DNA of 64,000 nucleotides, taken from NCBI GenBank assembly GCA_041946765.1, contig JBHGAZ010000021.1:4279-68278 (forward strand). The letters run 5' to 3'. The notes under the pieces were generated by a model. The model saw only the letters and a list, made by a program, of their open reading frames with translations. It was not told where the DNA came from and did not search any database. Positions 25,726 through 36,098 of this stretch are shown here, one piece after another; position 1 is the stretch's first letter; each line of letters begins with the position of its first letter. The stretch comes from Terriglobales bacterium (lineage in GTDB: Bacteria; Acidobacteriota; Terriglobia; Terriglobales; Acidobacteriaceae). A program made the position numbers and the translations under genes.

Positions 25726-26415
25726 CTAGATCGCAGATTGCGGGCCAAAATCATCCGGGGTATAGTTCCCGGACTTCAGTCGTTTGATCCGATCCTCTTC
25801 CGCCTTCAATCCATCCCGAAGCACATAGAGCAGCGACACAGCGTTGCCGTGCGGGGTGAGCTCGTACATCGACTCCGAGCGCAGATAATGCACCTGTACC
25901 GCATTGAGCACGGCGACGATGGCAGCAAGCGCATCGTTTACGTGTTTGCGGCTCGCGGATGCGAGCGGCTCTGCGGTCCTATGATCTAACGCAAGCGCAA
26001 GGTCACTGTGGGCAATCCGCCGATTTCGCCAGTCCCGGGCGAATGCGGACCTGGCGGCACACCCCTGAAATAATGCCTCAACTTTTTGTCGAAGTGGGAG
26101 GGCCACTAGCTCTGTCAACCTTGCAAGGGTCAGGTTGTACTTGCCACGCGACTGTGGCGGGTCGGTGAGGCGTGCGATGCGCAGAAGAACGTCATCCCAG
26201 AGGGTATCTTGAACAACCCAGAAGAACGCTCCCGCTGCTCTGTTGAGAAGTTCAATGCGCTCGGGGCGGGTTCCGAACAGCGCAACGAACTCTTCCCATT
26301 TCCAGTGCAACATCACGCATTCGTTTCGCAACCTGAAAAATACGTTGCCGAGCTCGGAACCCATTCCGGCGACGTAGTCGTGGTGCACCTGTTGTTCTGT
26401 TTGATCGCTGGACAT
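25726..26415 (-). CDS. Hypothetical protein, possible HEPN (AbiU2-like) domain
   Basis: 229 aa, all-helical-looking, with WRNRRIAHSD (an R-x4-6-H type motif). The family assignment is from memory only. Confidence 0.45.
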   Translation of the reverse strand: MSSDQTEQQVHHDYVAGMGSELGNVFFRLRNECVMLHWKWEEFVALFGTRPERIELLNRAAGAFFWVVQDTLWDDVLLRIARLTDPPQSRGKYNLTLARLTELVALPLRQKVEALFQGCAARSAFARDWRNRRIAHSDLALALDHRTAEPLASASRKHVNDALAAIVAVLNAVQVHYLRSESMYELTPHGNAVSLLYVLRDGLKAEEDRIKRLKSGNYTPDDFGPQSAI

Positions 26416-26556
26416 GATTATCGAATTCTAGACAAATTCGGAACCGGCCCGCCGGTTTTTCCTCAGGAAAGATGTTTCTGCACAGGGTTTTGACAGGTTA
26501 AGGCCAATTTCGGAATTGAACACTCCGCCTTCTTCGTTCAACATACTGCCAACCTC

Positions 26557-27960
26557 ATGGCCACCACGGACTACAGCGCCGCAACCGAGCAGCTCCTGCC
26601 CGTCAACATCGAAGCGGAGCGGTCCATCCTGGGCGCCATCCTGCTCGACAATTTCTGCTACACGCAGGCGACGCTTCAGGCAGACGATTTTTCGCTCGAC
26701 TCGCACCGGCGCATCTTCACCCGCATGCGGGAGCTGGGCGAAAGCGGCCGCGCCATTGACTACGTCACCCTTTCCGAGGAACTCAGCCGCCACAAGGAAC
26801 TGGAAGCGATCGGCGGCTTCAGTTACCTGGCGTCGCTGACGGACGGGCTGCCGCGCGTCCAGAACATCGAGCACTACGTCAAGATCGTCAAAGACAAGTC
26901 GCTGTTGCGCGGCTTGATTCACGCCGCCAACAACGCCATTGCCCGCGCCATCGAGCAGAGCGAGCCGGCCGAGGACATTCTGGCATCTGCGGAAGCTTTG
27001 CTGTTCCAGCTTTCCGACACGCGCCTGGGAAACGACTTTCGCGCCATCCCGCAGATTGTGCAGGAGTCGTTCGGCTCGATTGACGCTCTGTACGCGCGCG
27101 GGCGGCGCATCACCGGCCTGGCCACTCACTTCGACAAGCTCGACGAGATGACCAGCGGCTTGCAGCCATCCGACCTGGTCATCATCGCTGCGCGTCCTTC
27201 CATGGGCAAAACCGCGTTTGCCATGAACATCGCCGAAGAGGCGGCGGTGAAGGACAAGAAGATCATCTGCATCTTTTCGCTGGAAATGTCGCGCGAGTCG
27301 TTGCTGCTGCGCATGCTGTGCTCCAATGCGCGCGTGGACTCTCACCGCCTGCGCACGGGAACGCTGTTCCGTGAAGACCGCGAGAAGCTGACCAAAGCAC
27401 TGGGGCGTCTGGCGGAGTCGAAGATCTTTATTGACGATACCCCCAGCATCTCCGTCAGCGAGATGCGCGCCAAGGCGCGCCGACTGCAACATGCGCAGGG
27501 CGGACTGGACCTGGTGATCGTGGATTACCTGCAACTCATGGCGGCCACGCCCACCGGCGGCAAGCGTTACGAGAACCGCACGCAGGAAGTCTCGGCGATC
27601 TCGCGCGGGCTGAAGATGCTGGCCAAGGAATTGCGCGTCCCGGTGGTGGCGCTGTCGCAGTTGAGCCGCGCTCCGGAGAGCCGCGCCGGCGACCATCGCC
27701 CGCAGCTTTCCGACCTGCGCGAGTCCGGCTCCATTGAGCAGGATGCCGACGTGGTGGCCTTCATCTTTCGCGAAGAGGTTTACAAGAGCGACCCGGACGA
27801 GCGCGAAGAGGTCAAAGGCCAAGCCGAGATCATCATCGCCAAACAGCGTAACGGCCCGACCGGCACGGTCCGGCTCGCGTTCACCCATAAGTCCACGCGC
27901 TTTGATAACCCTGCCGACGACGCAGATGGCCCGATTCCGGCGAACACAGATTTTGAGTAG
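26557..27960 (+). CDS. dnaB: Replicative DNA helicase
   Basis: 467 aa. PVNIEAERSILGAILLDN, Walker A IIAARPSMGKTAF, LVIVDYLQLM, SQLSRAPE, RESGSIEQDADVV. Confidence 0.93.
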   Translation: MATTDYSAATEQLLPVNIEAERSILGAILLDNFCYTQATLQADDFSLDSHRRIFTRMRELGESGRAIDYVTLSEELSRHKELEAIGGFSYLASLTDGLPRVQNIEHYVKIVKDKSLLRGLIHAANNAIARAIEQSEPAEDILASAEALLFQLSDTRLGNDFRAIPQIVQESFGSIDALYARGRRITGLATHFDKLDEMTSGLQPSDLVIIAARPSMGKTAFAMNIAEEAAVKDKKIICIFSLEMSRESLLLRMLCSNARVDSHRLRTGTLFREDREKLTKALGRLAESKIFIDDTPSISVSEMRAKARRLQHAQGGLDLVIVDYLQLMAATPTGGKRYENRTQEVSAISRGLKMLAKELRVPVVALSQLSRAPESRAGDHRPQLSDLRESGSIEQDADVVAFIFREEVYKSDPDEREEVKGQAEIIIAKQRNGPTGTVRLAFTHKSTRFDNPADDADGPIPANTDFE

Positions 27961-28101
27961 CCGCTGGTCGAGGCTCAAAGGTTCATCAGAAGAGGCCAGC
28001 ACTTCGGGAGGTGAACCCGTCCCGCCGTCACTGGGTGAGAACCCTAAACTCACAAATTGCAAAATTCTGATGTATGCTTTGTATGCGTCAAGGAGGGTTG
28101 A

Positions 28102-28698
28102 ATGCGACACGTGGCCCTGCTTGTGTTCCTCTGCATAGCCGGCTTAGCCATGGCGCAAACGTCGCAGGCTCCCCCGGCAAACCCCTCCCAATATCCGCCA
28201 ACAGGAATCATCTCGACAGAAAAACCCAAGTCAGGTGTGGAGTCGAAGCCAAGATCTATGCTGCAAGCGCCAGAGCCGGGACATCCGCTTGATCCTAACG
28301 ACGTAATGGTCCTGACCGGGAAGGACAAGCAGCGCTCGCCCTATGCGCTGCCAATGACGTATTACGGCGGCGCTCAGGGCTACTACGTCGGCCCCAATTC
28401 GCAAAGCTCGCTACCCATGCTTTCAGGTGATTTGGGGGGCACCTATGTCGCGCCTGGCTACAGCTATGGATATGGCTATTCCAACAGCCCTCTGCCTCTG
28501 CTGGGAGGGAACGCCGCCCCGCTGGATGCCACGCCGATCCTGAAGTTTCCGGTTTTTGTTCGGCGCCATGTGTTTACGCCCCTGCCCTTTGGTGCATTTT
28601 CACCCTTTACGCCTTTCGGCGTAGTGGGGCCGCCGGTGTTGTTTGGACCCGGAGCGCGTTCTTTCGGTCCATTTTTCGCCAGCGGGGGCAGATTCTAA
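28102..28698 (+). CDS. Secreted Gly/Pro/Tyr-rich hypothetical protein
   Basis: 198 aa with the signal peptide MRHVALLVFLCIAGLAMAQ. Confidence 0.5.
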   Translation: MRHVALLVFLCIAGLAMAQTSQAPPANPSQYPPTGIISTEKPKSGVESKPRSMLQAPEPGHPLDPNDVMVLTGKDKQRSPYALPMTYYGGAQGYYVGPNSQSSLPMLSGDLGGTYVAPGYSYGYGYSNSPLPLLGGNAAPLDATPILKFPVFVRRHVFTPLPFGAFSPFTPFGVVGPPVLFGPGARSFGPFFASGGRF

Positions 28699-28774
28699 AC
28701 CGATGCAGATGCAAAACCCCCATCATGCCAGAGCATGATAGGGGTTCTTGTGCGGGTGCTGCGCGCCAGACCCA

Positions 28775-29749
28775 CTACTTCATTGTAGTTCTGGCGAGGT
28801 CGCCGACTCTAAATCCCATGCCGCTGACGATCTTGGCAGTGGCCGACACTTCGTCCACTTCACTTACCTGAACGGTGCCGATGGGCTTGGTCAGCCGTTT
28901 CAATACCTGTCCGGTCGCGGGATCTTTAATTTCCTGGCTGACACGCTCCACGCTAAGCTGGTCGCCTACCTTCAGGCCGACCTTTGCGCCTTGGTTCAGC
29001 ACCACCTGGCCACTGTCCACATAGGCCAGCAGCGCCTGCACCACCACCGTGCGCGTCTGCAGCTTTTCGGCGCTGCCGATGATGCCGGCACTGAGCTGCT
29101 GCATGCAGGCCTTCACCGCTTCGCCGATGATCGTATTTTCGAAATCACTGCTGCCGAAATCCACGTTGCCGCCGCCCCAGCCGTGCCAACCTCCGCCGCC
29201 GCCCAGGAGGGAGGTGCTGGAGCGGGAAGACTCGCCCTTGCCATCGGCCACAGCGATGATCTCGCCGGTATCAATGTCCACCAGGCGGGCATCCACGGTA
29301 ACAATCGCCTTCGACTTCTTATGGCCGAATCCGCCCAGGCCAAAGCCGCCCCAGCCGCCTCCGCCGCCGCCGACATTGGTGTTTTTCGTTTCGCCACCAA
29401 ACTGCGTAATGCTGCCCACGATAATGGCATCAACGCCCAGCAACTTTCCGATCTTCGCGGCGCTCGCGGGGTTGGCACGGTCGCTGGTAGAAAAGTTCTG
29501 CTCCGCCAGGATCTTGTCCAGGGCGCGGCGCTCAATTACCGAGTAGGTCCCGTCCTGCACCAGATGCTTCACCAGGAGGTCCGACATGCCCTTGCCCACG
29601 TCCACGTCGCCCCCGAACAGCGCCGCAACTGATGAGCGCACGGTACCGTACTCCATATCCATTACAGCAACGCGCTTCTTGCGCTCCGCGGCCTGCAGCG
29701 CAAGGCTCGCCACTAAAACCAATGCACACACTGGTACCAGCTTTTTCAT
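28775..29749 (-). CDS. CsgG-family lipoprotein (curli-type secretion channel homolog) with poly-Gly/Trp inserts
   Basis: 324 aa from the ATG at 29749 (AGGAGGAG upstream). KKRVAVMDMEYG...GKGMSDLLVKHLVQDGTYSVIERRALDKILAEQNF...KLLGVDAIIVGSITQFG. The track ORF extends spuriously to 30130. Confidence 0.75.
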   Translation of the reverse strand: MKKLVPVCALVLVASLALQAAERKKRVAVMDMEYGTVRSSVAALFGGDVDVGKGMSDLLVKHLVQDGTYSVIERRALDKILAEQNFSTSDRANPASAAKIGKLLGVDAIIVGSITQFGGETKNTNVGGGGGGWGGFGLGGFGHKKSKAIVTVDARLVDIDTGEIIAVADGKGESSRSSTSLLGGGGGWHGWGGGNVDFGSSDFENTIIGEAVKACMQQLSAGIIGSAEKLQTRTVVVQALLAYVDSGQVVLNQGAKVGLKVGDQLSVERVSQEIKDPATGQVLKRLTKPIGTVQVSEVDEVSATAKIVSGMGFRVGDLARTTMK

Positions 29750-30098
29750 CGCGGTCTCCTCCTGATCTCTTGCACCCCAGTAGCTTCCGCGAGCCGTGAC
29801 CGGCGGGGAATACATGGGCCAAGTTTTGCGGAAGTGAACAGCGGGATTGTAAGCCGGATTTATGTCTGTTGTCACCAGAGCAGTTTGTTCTTGCAATTTG
29901 CAACAGCAAAGACACCGGCTCGTCTTCCCGTTCCGGATGCCACATTCCGATTTGAAATGCAGCAATGCCCCGGCCTGCATGTGACAGGTTCTGGCGCTCT
30001 GGCCGGTGCTACCGTACTTCTGGCTACGGCAGTTCCAGCGCGACTTGATCCGCATTGATTGCACAACCGTGTCATGCAGCCGGGGAAGGATCATTCCG

Positions 30099-32126
30099 AT
30101 GCAGAGTGAGGAGAACGATCCCGAAGCCACGGTGCGGGATACCTTCCCGGCTGCCGGTCACTGGAGCAGGCGGGCTGGCCTTCTCGCGTCTTTGTGCGTG
30201 CTCTTGGGGATGATCGCGCTGGTCCTGGCCGAGCGTTGCGCCCTGAATTTGCGACTATCTGGGACCCTTCTGCTAGGCGCGGCATTTTGCTCACTTCTGC
30301 TGCTGACCTCACACCTGGTGCGACGGGGACAGCAGCGAGCCCACAAACTCCAAGCAGTTAACCGTAGCCTGGAGCATGAAATTGTGCGACGCCAGCGCAT
30401 CGAGTTGGAACAGGCGCGCTTGACGGCAATCGTGGAAGCCAGCCCCGATTTCATCTGCACCACCGATAATAGCGGGCAAGTTCTCTACTACAACGGCAGC
30501 GCTCGGCGCTTGCTCGGCCTTGCCGCCGATGCTGACATTTCCCAGCGTCGTGTCCCCTGCAATCATCCCGAATGGGCCGCCGACATTGTCCTGAACGAAG
30601 CCTTGCCGACGGCGGCGCGTGAGGGGTGGTGGCGCGGCGAGAGCGCTCTGGTAACGGTGGACGGGCGCGAGATTCCCGTCTCACACCTTGTCCTGGCGCA
30701 CAAGTCTGGCGGGAACACGGTTGAGTCTTATTCCAACATCTGCCGCGATATTTCGCGGGAAAAGCGCGCCGAAGCCGAATTGCGCCGCCTGAATCGCGCC
30801 CTGAGCACCTTGACCAAATGCACCCAGACGTTGATTCACACCAGCGAAGAACATTGCCTGCTCAAGGAAGTGTGCAACCTCATTATCGAGGTAGGCGGGT
30901 ATCGCTGCGCTTGGGTGGGATTTGCCGAGCAGGACGAGAACAAGACCGTCCGTCCTGTCGTGTGGGCGGGATACGACCAGGGCTACGTGGAGAGCGCAAA
31001 TGTCGTGTGGGCCGATGTGGAGTGCGGCCGCGATCCCACAGGCACGTGCATTCGCACGGGCAAACCTGTGGTGACACGTTTTACCGAAACCGAAGCGACC
31101 AACCAGCCCTGGCGCGAAGAAGCGCTGAAGCGCGGATACATGTCTGCCATCGGCTTGCCGCTGATCGTCGAAAAAAAGGCTTTCGGCGCGCTTACGATCT
31201 ACGCGAACGAATGCGACGCCTTTGATGCGACCGAAGGGGAGTTATTGATGGAATTGGCCAATGACTTGGCCTTCGGTATTAGCATGCTGCGTACCCGGGC
31301 AGAACGGGAACGCTATGCCGCCGAACTGGAGCGCAGTAACCGCGATCTGCAGGATTTCGCTTCCATTGCTTCTCACGATTTGCAGGAGCCTTTGCGCAAG
31401 ATCACTGCTTTTGGCGACCGCTTGCGAGCGCATTGCGGGCCGCAACTGGACGCCACCGGACGCGATTTTCTCGCGCGCATGGAGAATGCCGCCACGCGCA
31501 TGTGCACTCTGATCGAGCGTCTGCTGGAATTCTCGCGCGTTTCTACCCGGGCGCAGCCCTTCGAGCCGGTGGATTTGTCCTATCTCGTCCTCGGGGTCGT
31601 GGCCGATCTGGAAGCGCGCATCCGCGAGATTCACGCCCGCGTCAGCGTTGGCGCCATGCCAGTCGTAATGGCCGACCGCATGCAGATTCGCGAACTGCTC
31701 CAAAACTTGATTGCTAACGCATTGAAGTTTCACCGGCCCGGCGAAACCCCGCGGGTCGAAATCGAAGGCGCCGTCGAGGAAGACATGGTCCGCATCGTGG
31801 TCCGGGACAACGGCATCGGGTTCGACGAGAAACACGCGGACCGAATCTTCCGTCCTTTTCAGCGGCTGCACAGCCGTAGCGAATATGAGGGCACCGGCAT
31901 GGGGCTGGCCATCTGCCGAAAGATTGTGCGCCGCCACGGCGGCGAGATCACTGCGCGCAGCCAGCCGGGACATGGCAGCGAGTTCATTGTCTATCTGCCT
32001 AAAGTCCAGCGATCAGAGGAGATTTCATGCTCAACCCAGGACAACCCGTCAGTATCCTGCTCGCCGAAGATGACGACGACGATTACCTCCTCACGGCGTA
32101 CGCACTTCGTGAAGCGCGCCTCCTGA
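30099..32126 (+). CDS. Membrane sensor histidine kinase (PAS-GAF-HisKA-HATPase)
   Basis: H-box FASIASHDLQEPLRKI. N and G boxes LLQNLIANALKF, VRDNGIGFD, GTGMGLAICRKIV. The likely start is the ATG at 30099. Confidence 0.85.
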   Translation: MQSEENDPEATVRDTFPAAGHWSRRAGLLASLCVLLGMIALVLAERCALNLRLSGTLLLGAAFCSLLLLTSHLVRRGQQRAHKLQAVNRSLEHEIVRRQRIELEQARLTAIVEASPDFICTTDNSGQVLYYNGSARRLLGLAADADISQRRVPCNHPEWAADIVLNEALPTAAREGWWRGESALVTVDGREIPVSHLVLAHKSGGNTVESYSNICRDISREKRAEAELRRLNRALSTLTKCTQTLIHTSEEHCLLKEVCNLIIEVGGYRCAWVGFAEQDENKTVRPVVWAGYDQGYVESANVVWADVECGRDPTGTCIRTGKPVVTRFTETEATNQPWREEALKRGYMSAIGLPLIVEKKAFGALTIYANECDAFDATEGELLMELANDLAFGISMLRTRAERERYAAELERSNRDLQDFASIASHDLQEPLRKITAFGDRLRAHCGPQLDATGRDFLARMENAATRMCTLIERLLEFSRVSTRAQPFEPVDLSYLVLGVVADLEARIREIHARVSVGAMPVVMADRMQIRELLQNLIANALKFHRPGETPRVEIEGAVEEDMVRIVVRDNGIGFDEKHADRIFRPFQRLHSRSEYEGTGMGLAICRKIVRRHGGEITARSQPGHGSEFIVYLPKVQRSEEISCSTQDNPSVSCSPKMTTTITSSRRTHFVKRAS

Positions 32127-32476
32127 ATCAGCTCTACCGTGTGCGGGACGGTGAGGAGCTTATGAATTACCTGTATCGGCGCGGCCAGTATCAGGACGCT
32201 GACTCCTGGCCCCTGCCCGGACTCATTCTGCTCGACCTCAACATGCCCCGGAAAGACGGCCGAGATGCGCTCGCCGAAATCAAGTCCGATGCCAAGCTCC
32301 GGGGCCGCCCGGTAGTCGTGCTGACCACCTCTCGCGCCGAAGAAGATATCGTCCGCTCTTACGAACTGGGCGTGAACTCGTTCATCAGCAAACCCATTAC
32401 GTTCGAGGCGCTGGTGGATGCAATAAGGGTCCTGGGGCGCTATTGGTTCGAAATTGTGCAACTGCCGCTCAGCTAG
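32027..32476 (+). CDS. Stand-alone response-regulator receiver protein
   Basis: 149 aa. ILLAEDDDDD...LILLDLNMPRKDG...VVVLTTS...SFISKP. It overlaps the kinase 3' end by 100 nt. Confidence 0.8.
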   Translation: MLNPGQPVSILLAEDDDDDYLLTAYALREARLLNQLYRVRDGEELMNYLYRRGQYQDADSWPLPGLILLDLNMPRKDGRDALAEIKSDAKLRGRPVVVLTTSRAEEDIVRSYELGVNSFISKPITFEALVDAIRVLGRYWFEIVQLPLS

Positions 32477-32515
32477 AACGCTGCCGGGCGAGGGTTGGAT
32501 GCAACAAGACCCGCT

Positions 32516-35500
32516 ATGGCTGAAGAACAGAAGCTGCACCTGCTGATTGTTGAGGACGACGCCGACGACTTCCTTCTACTGCAGCACATGCTGTGGGCCA
32601 TCATGCCGGAGTCCTCCGTCCAGCTTCACCATGCCACTTCGATGGCCGGCGCTCTCGCCCAGATGCAGGAGACCGCATATGACCTGCTCATCATCGATTA
32701 CATGCTTGGTGATGGAACAGGTTTGGATCTGCTGCGGCAGGCCAAGCTCCGAAACCTGGATGCACCTGCCATTTTTCTTACGGGCCATGGAAACGAGGAT
32801 GTCGCCGTTGAAGCCATGAAAGCGGGCGCGGCAGACTATCTGCTGAAATCGCGACTCACCGAATCTTCCCTGCGGCTCACAATCCGCTACGCTATCAACC
32901 TGCACAAGAAAGAGAAGCTGCTCCGCCAGGCGCGCCAGACGATCCGCAAGAGTGAGGAGCGCTTTCGCGCGCTGGTCGAAAACAGCTCTGATATCGTCAG
33001 CGTTCTTGACGCACAGGGGACAGTGACCTATGTGAGCCCGTCAATCCAGCAAGTGCTGGGCCACGCTCCGTCCGATGTCATCGGGAAACATGCCTTCCAC
33101 CTATTGCACCCGGACGACACCGCGGCAGCCCAGCAGGTGATCGCGGAATGTCTTCGCCAGCCCGGAGTGCCGGTGCAGTTCGAATATCGGTATAAGCACC
33201 GCAACGGCGGCTGGCGCTGGCTGGAGGCCACCGGTGTCAATCGGCTCGATGTTGTGGGCGTGGGGGGTATCGTAGTCAATTCCCGCGACGTTACCGACCG
33301 CTGGAAAGCCGAGGTTGCTTTACGCAGCGCTCACGACCGGTTGCAGCAAGCGCATCAGGCGCTGCATGCGCTATTCCATGCATCCCCCTTGTCCATCGTC
33401 GAATTCGACCGGCACTCGAATATCGTCCGGCGCAATCCGGCCGCACGCCAGATGTTCGGCTGGGAAGACCGGGAACTCGCAGGGAAGCCGATAGCCGCAA
33501 ACGGCGAAATCGGCGGCCCATTGCTGGCGCTGGTTGAGCGCGTGCGCCAGGGAGAGCGCATCTTCGGCGCAGAAATGACATGTCGCCGGAAGGATGGCGC
33601 CACAATCGACATTAACGTGTACATGGCTCCCCTCGTCAGCCCTACGGGAGAGACAACCGGAGCCGTTGCCCTGATTGCCGATACCTCCGAGCACAAGCGA
33701 ACCGAACAGGAAATTCGTCGTCTCAATCGCGCCTTGCGCGCACTGAGCCGATGCAACCAGGCCCTGATCCATGCCGCCGGCAAAGAGGAATTGCTCCAGG
33801 TGATTTGTCGCATCCTGGTGGAGGAAGGCGGCTACCAGATGGCCTGGGTGGGTTGTGCCGAATCCGACCCGGCCAAAAGTGTGCGTCCGATTGCAAGTGC
33901 CGGTGTTGGCAGTGAAGAGTACGTGGCCGCGGCCAACGTAACCTGGGATGAGAGTGATCGCGGGTGTGGCCCTATGGGCACGGCCATCCGCACGGGCGGC
34001 CTCTGCGTAGTTCGCGACATCTGGAGCGCGGCCTGTTTCGCCCCCTGGCGCGAGCAGGCTTCCCGACATGGCTACACTTCGACTGCCGCCTTGCCTCTGA
34101 CCATCGGCCCGGAACGCTGGGGCGCGCTCGCCATCTACTCCGCTGACCCCGAAGCTTTCGATGCTCGCGAAATGGAGCTGCTGACGGAACTGGCGGCCAA
34201 CGTCAGTTATGGCTTGCGCTCTCTACGGGAACAAAAGGAGCGGCAGCTAGCCGAAATCGCACTTCGCAAGCTCAGCCGCCAGAACGAATTGCTGCTGAAC
34301 TCCGCCGGTGAAGGCATCGTTGGTCTCGACCCGGAGGGCCGCATCACCTTCATCAATGCTGCTGCGGCCAACTTGCTCGGCTGGAAACCTGAAGAGTTGA
34401 TCGGCCGCAGCAGTCACCAGACTTTCCATTCCAAAGATCGCGAGGGGCGTGCATACCCGGAGGCGCAATGCCCAGTGTGTGCGGCTTTTCACGACGGCGT
34501 TGTGCATCAATCCGCTTCCGAGGGCTTTTGGCGGCGGGATGGGACCTGGTTTCCAATCGAAGTGGTGAGCACGCCGGTGTCAGAGAATGGCGGAGTGGTG
34601 GGTGCGGTACTCGTCTTCAAGGACATCACCGAGCGGCAACTGCTTCAGGAACAACTCCTGCAGGCGCAGAAGATGGAGGCTATCGGCCAGCTCGCAGGCG
34701 GCGTGGCGCATGACTTCAATAACCTGCTGATGGTGATCGGCAGCTATTCCGAGCTGTTAATGGATAAGCTCACCGATGAGCAGCTGCGCCGCCAGACCGA
34801 ACAGATTCGCAAAGCGGCCAAGCGTGCCTCCGCACTCACCAGCCAACTGCTCGCGTTCAGCCGCAAGCAGGTCCTCGCTCCTCAGTTCCTGAACCTGAAC
34901 GACATCGTCCACGAAAGCGCCAAAATGCTGCCGCGTCTGATTGGCGAGAACATTCAGGTGAAGCTGTCGCTGGCGCCGCAATTGACGACCGTCAAAGCCG
35001 ATCCTGTGCAAGTGGAACAGGTAATCATGAACCTCGTCATCAACGCCCGCGACGCAATGCCCAAAGGGGGCAAGCTCGTCATTGAGACCGCTGATGTCGA
35101 AGTCGGGGAACCCTACTCACGCCTCCATACCTCCGTCACCCCGGGAAAATACGTGATGCTGGCGATCAGCGACACCGGCTTGGGCATTGATCCCGCCTTG
35201 CAGGCGCGCGTCTTTGAACCTTTCTTTACGACCAAAGAGCGCGGCAAAGGTACCGGACTGGGGCTTTCCACGGTGTACGGCATTATCAAACAGAGCGGCG
35301 GCCATATCTTCTTATACAGCGAGGTCGGACGCGGCACCACCTTCAAGATTTACCTGCCCGCAGCCGCTGCAGAACCCAGGTCCTTGGCCGCTGAAAGCCC
35401 GCCCGAAGCCGAATTGCAGGGTACCGGGACCATTCTTGTCGTGGAGGATGAAGAGGCCGTCCGGCGCGCCACCGTTGAGTTTCTGGAGAGTCGCGGCTAC

Positions 35501-35809
35501 CACATACTGGAAGCGGAAAATGGAGAGCACGGTCTGCGTGTGGCCGGTGAACATCGAGGCGAAATAGACTTGCTGCTGACCGACGTCGTTCTGCCTGCCA
35601 TGAGCGGTCCGGATCTGGCCCAGAAACTGCTCGACAGCCACCCCGCCATAAAAGTGCTCTACATGTCCGGTTACACGGAAACCGCCATCCTGGAACAGGC
35701 GGGCGAGAACATGGCCGCCATATTCTTGCAGAAACCATTCACATTTGCGGCGCTAAGCGAAAAAATCCGGAAGGTTCTCCCCCCGAAAGGAGTGGCGCCG
35801 GCAGCGTGA
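32516..35809 (+). CDS. Hybrid sensor histidine kinase (REC-PAS x3-GAF-PAS-HisKA-HATPase-REC)
   Basis: N-terminal [13 protein letters not shown]...[14 protein letters not shown]-box [14 protein letters not shown] boxes [22 protein letters not shown]-terminal [11 protein letters not shown]...[13 protein letters not shown]. An alternative TTG start is at 32495. Confidence 0.85.
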   Translation: MAEEQKLHLLIVEDDADDFLLLQHMLWAIMPESSVQLHHATSMAGALAQMQETAYDLLIIDYMLGDGTGLDLLRQAKLRNLDAPAIFLTGHGNEDVAVEAMKAGAADYLLKSRLTESSLRLTIRYAINLHKKEKLLRQARQTIRKSEERFRALVENSSDIVSVLDAQGTVTYVSPSIQQVLGHAPSDVIGKHAFHLLHPDDTAAAQQVIAECLRQPGVPVQFEYRYKHRNGGWRWLEATGVNRLDVVGVGGIVVNSRDVTDRWKAEVALRSAHDRLQQAHQALHALFHASPLSIVEFDRHSNIVRRNPAARQMFGWEDRELAGKPIAANGEIGGPLLALVERVRQGERIFGAEMTCRRKDGATIDINVYMAPLVSPTGETTGAVALIADTSEHKRTEQEIRRLNRALRALSRCNQALIHAAGKEELLQVICRILVEEGGYQMAWVGCAESDPAKSVRPIASAGVGSEEYVAAANVTWDESDRGCGPMGTAIRTGGLCVVRDIWSAACFAPWREQASRHGYTSTAALPLTIGPERWGALAIYSADPEAFDAREMELLTELAANVSYGLRSLREQKERQLAEIALRKLSRQNELLLNSAGEGIVGLDPEGRITFINAAAANLLGWKPEELIGRSSHQTFHSKDREGRAYPEAQCPVCAAFHDGVVHQSASEGFWRRDGTWFPIEVVSTPVSENGGVVGAVLVFKDITERQLLQEQLLQAQKMEAIGQLAGGVAHDFNNLLMVIGSYSELLMDKLTDEQLRRQTEQIRKAAKRASALTSQLLAFSRKQVLAPQFLNLNDIVHESAKMLPRLIGENIQVKLSLAPQLTTVKADPVQVEQVIMNLVINARDAMPKGGKLVIETADVEVGEPYSRLHTSVTPGKYVMLAISDTGLGIDPALQARVFEPFFTTKERGKGTGLGLSTVYGIIKQSGGHIFLYSEVGRGTTFKIYLPAAAAEPRSLAAESPPEAELQGTGTILVVEDEEAVRRATVEFLESRGYHILEAENGEHGLRVAGEHRGEIDLLLTDVVLPAMSGPDLAQKLLDSHPAIKVLYMSGYTETAILEQAGENMAAIFLQKPFTFAALSEKIRKVLPPKGVAPAA

Positions 35810-36098
35810 GTCGCTCTTGCCGGCAAGGAATAGCGCTGGTGATAGCGCGGTGTTTCGTTGTAAGTTGCTACTGATGCGATGGAAATGGCGATGGTTGAAC
35901 TCGCGAGTGCAGCGAATCGCCATTCGAATACTCAATGACCAACGACTCAATGGCCCAATGACTCAATAGTTCACCGCCATGTCTGAAACCGGCACAGCAC
36001 CGGCCCCAGGCACGCCCGCGAGAAGTGCCCAGCCCACCCGGGGTATCCCCCTGCAGTCTCCGGCAAGCTCTCGCCGAACCAGAAGCGGTGGCAGCATT

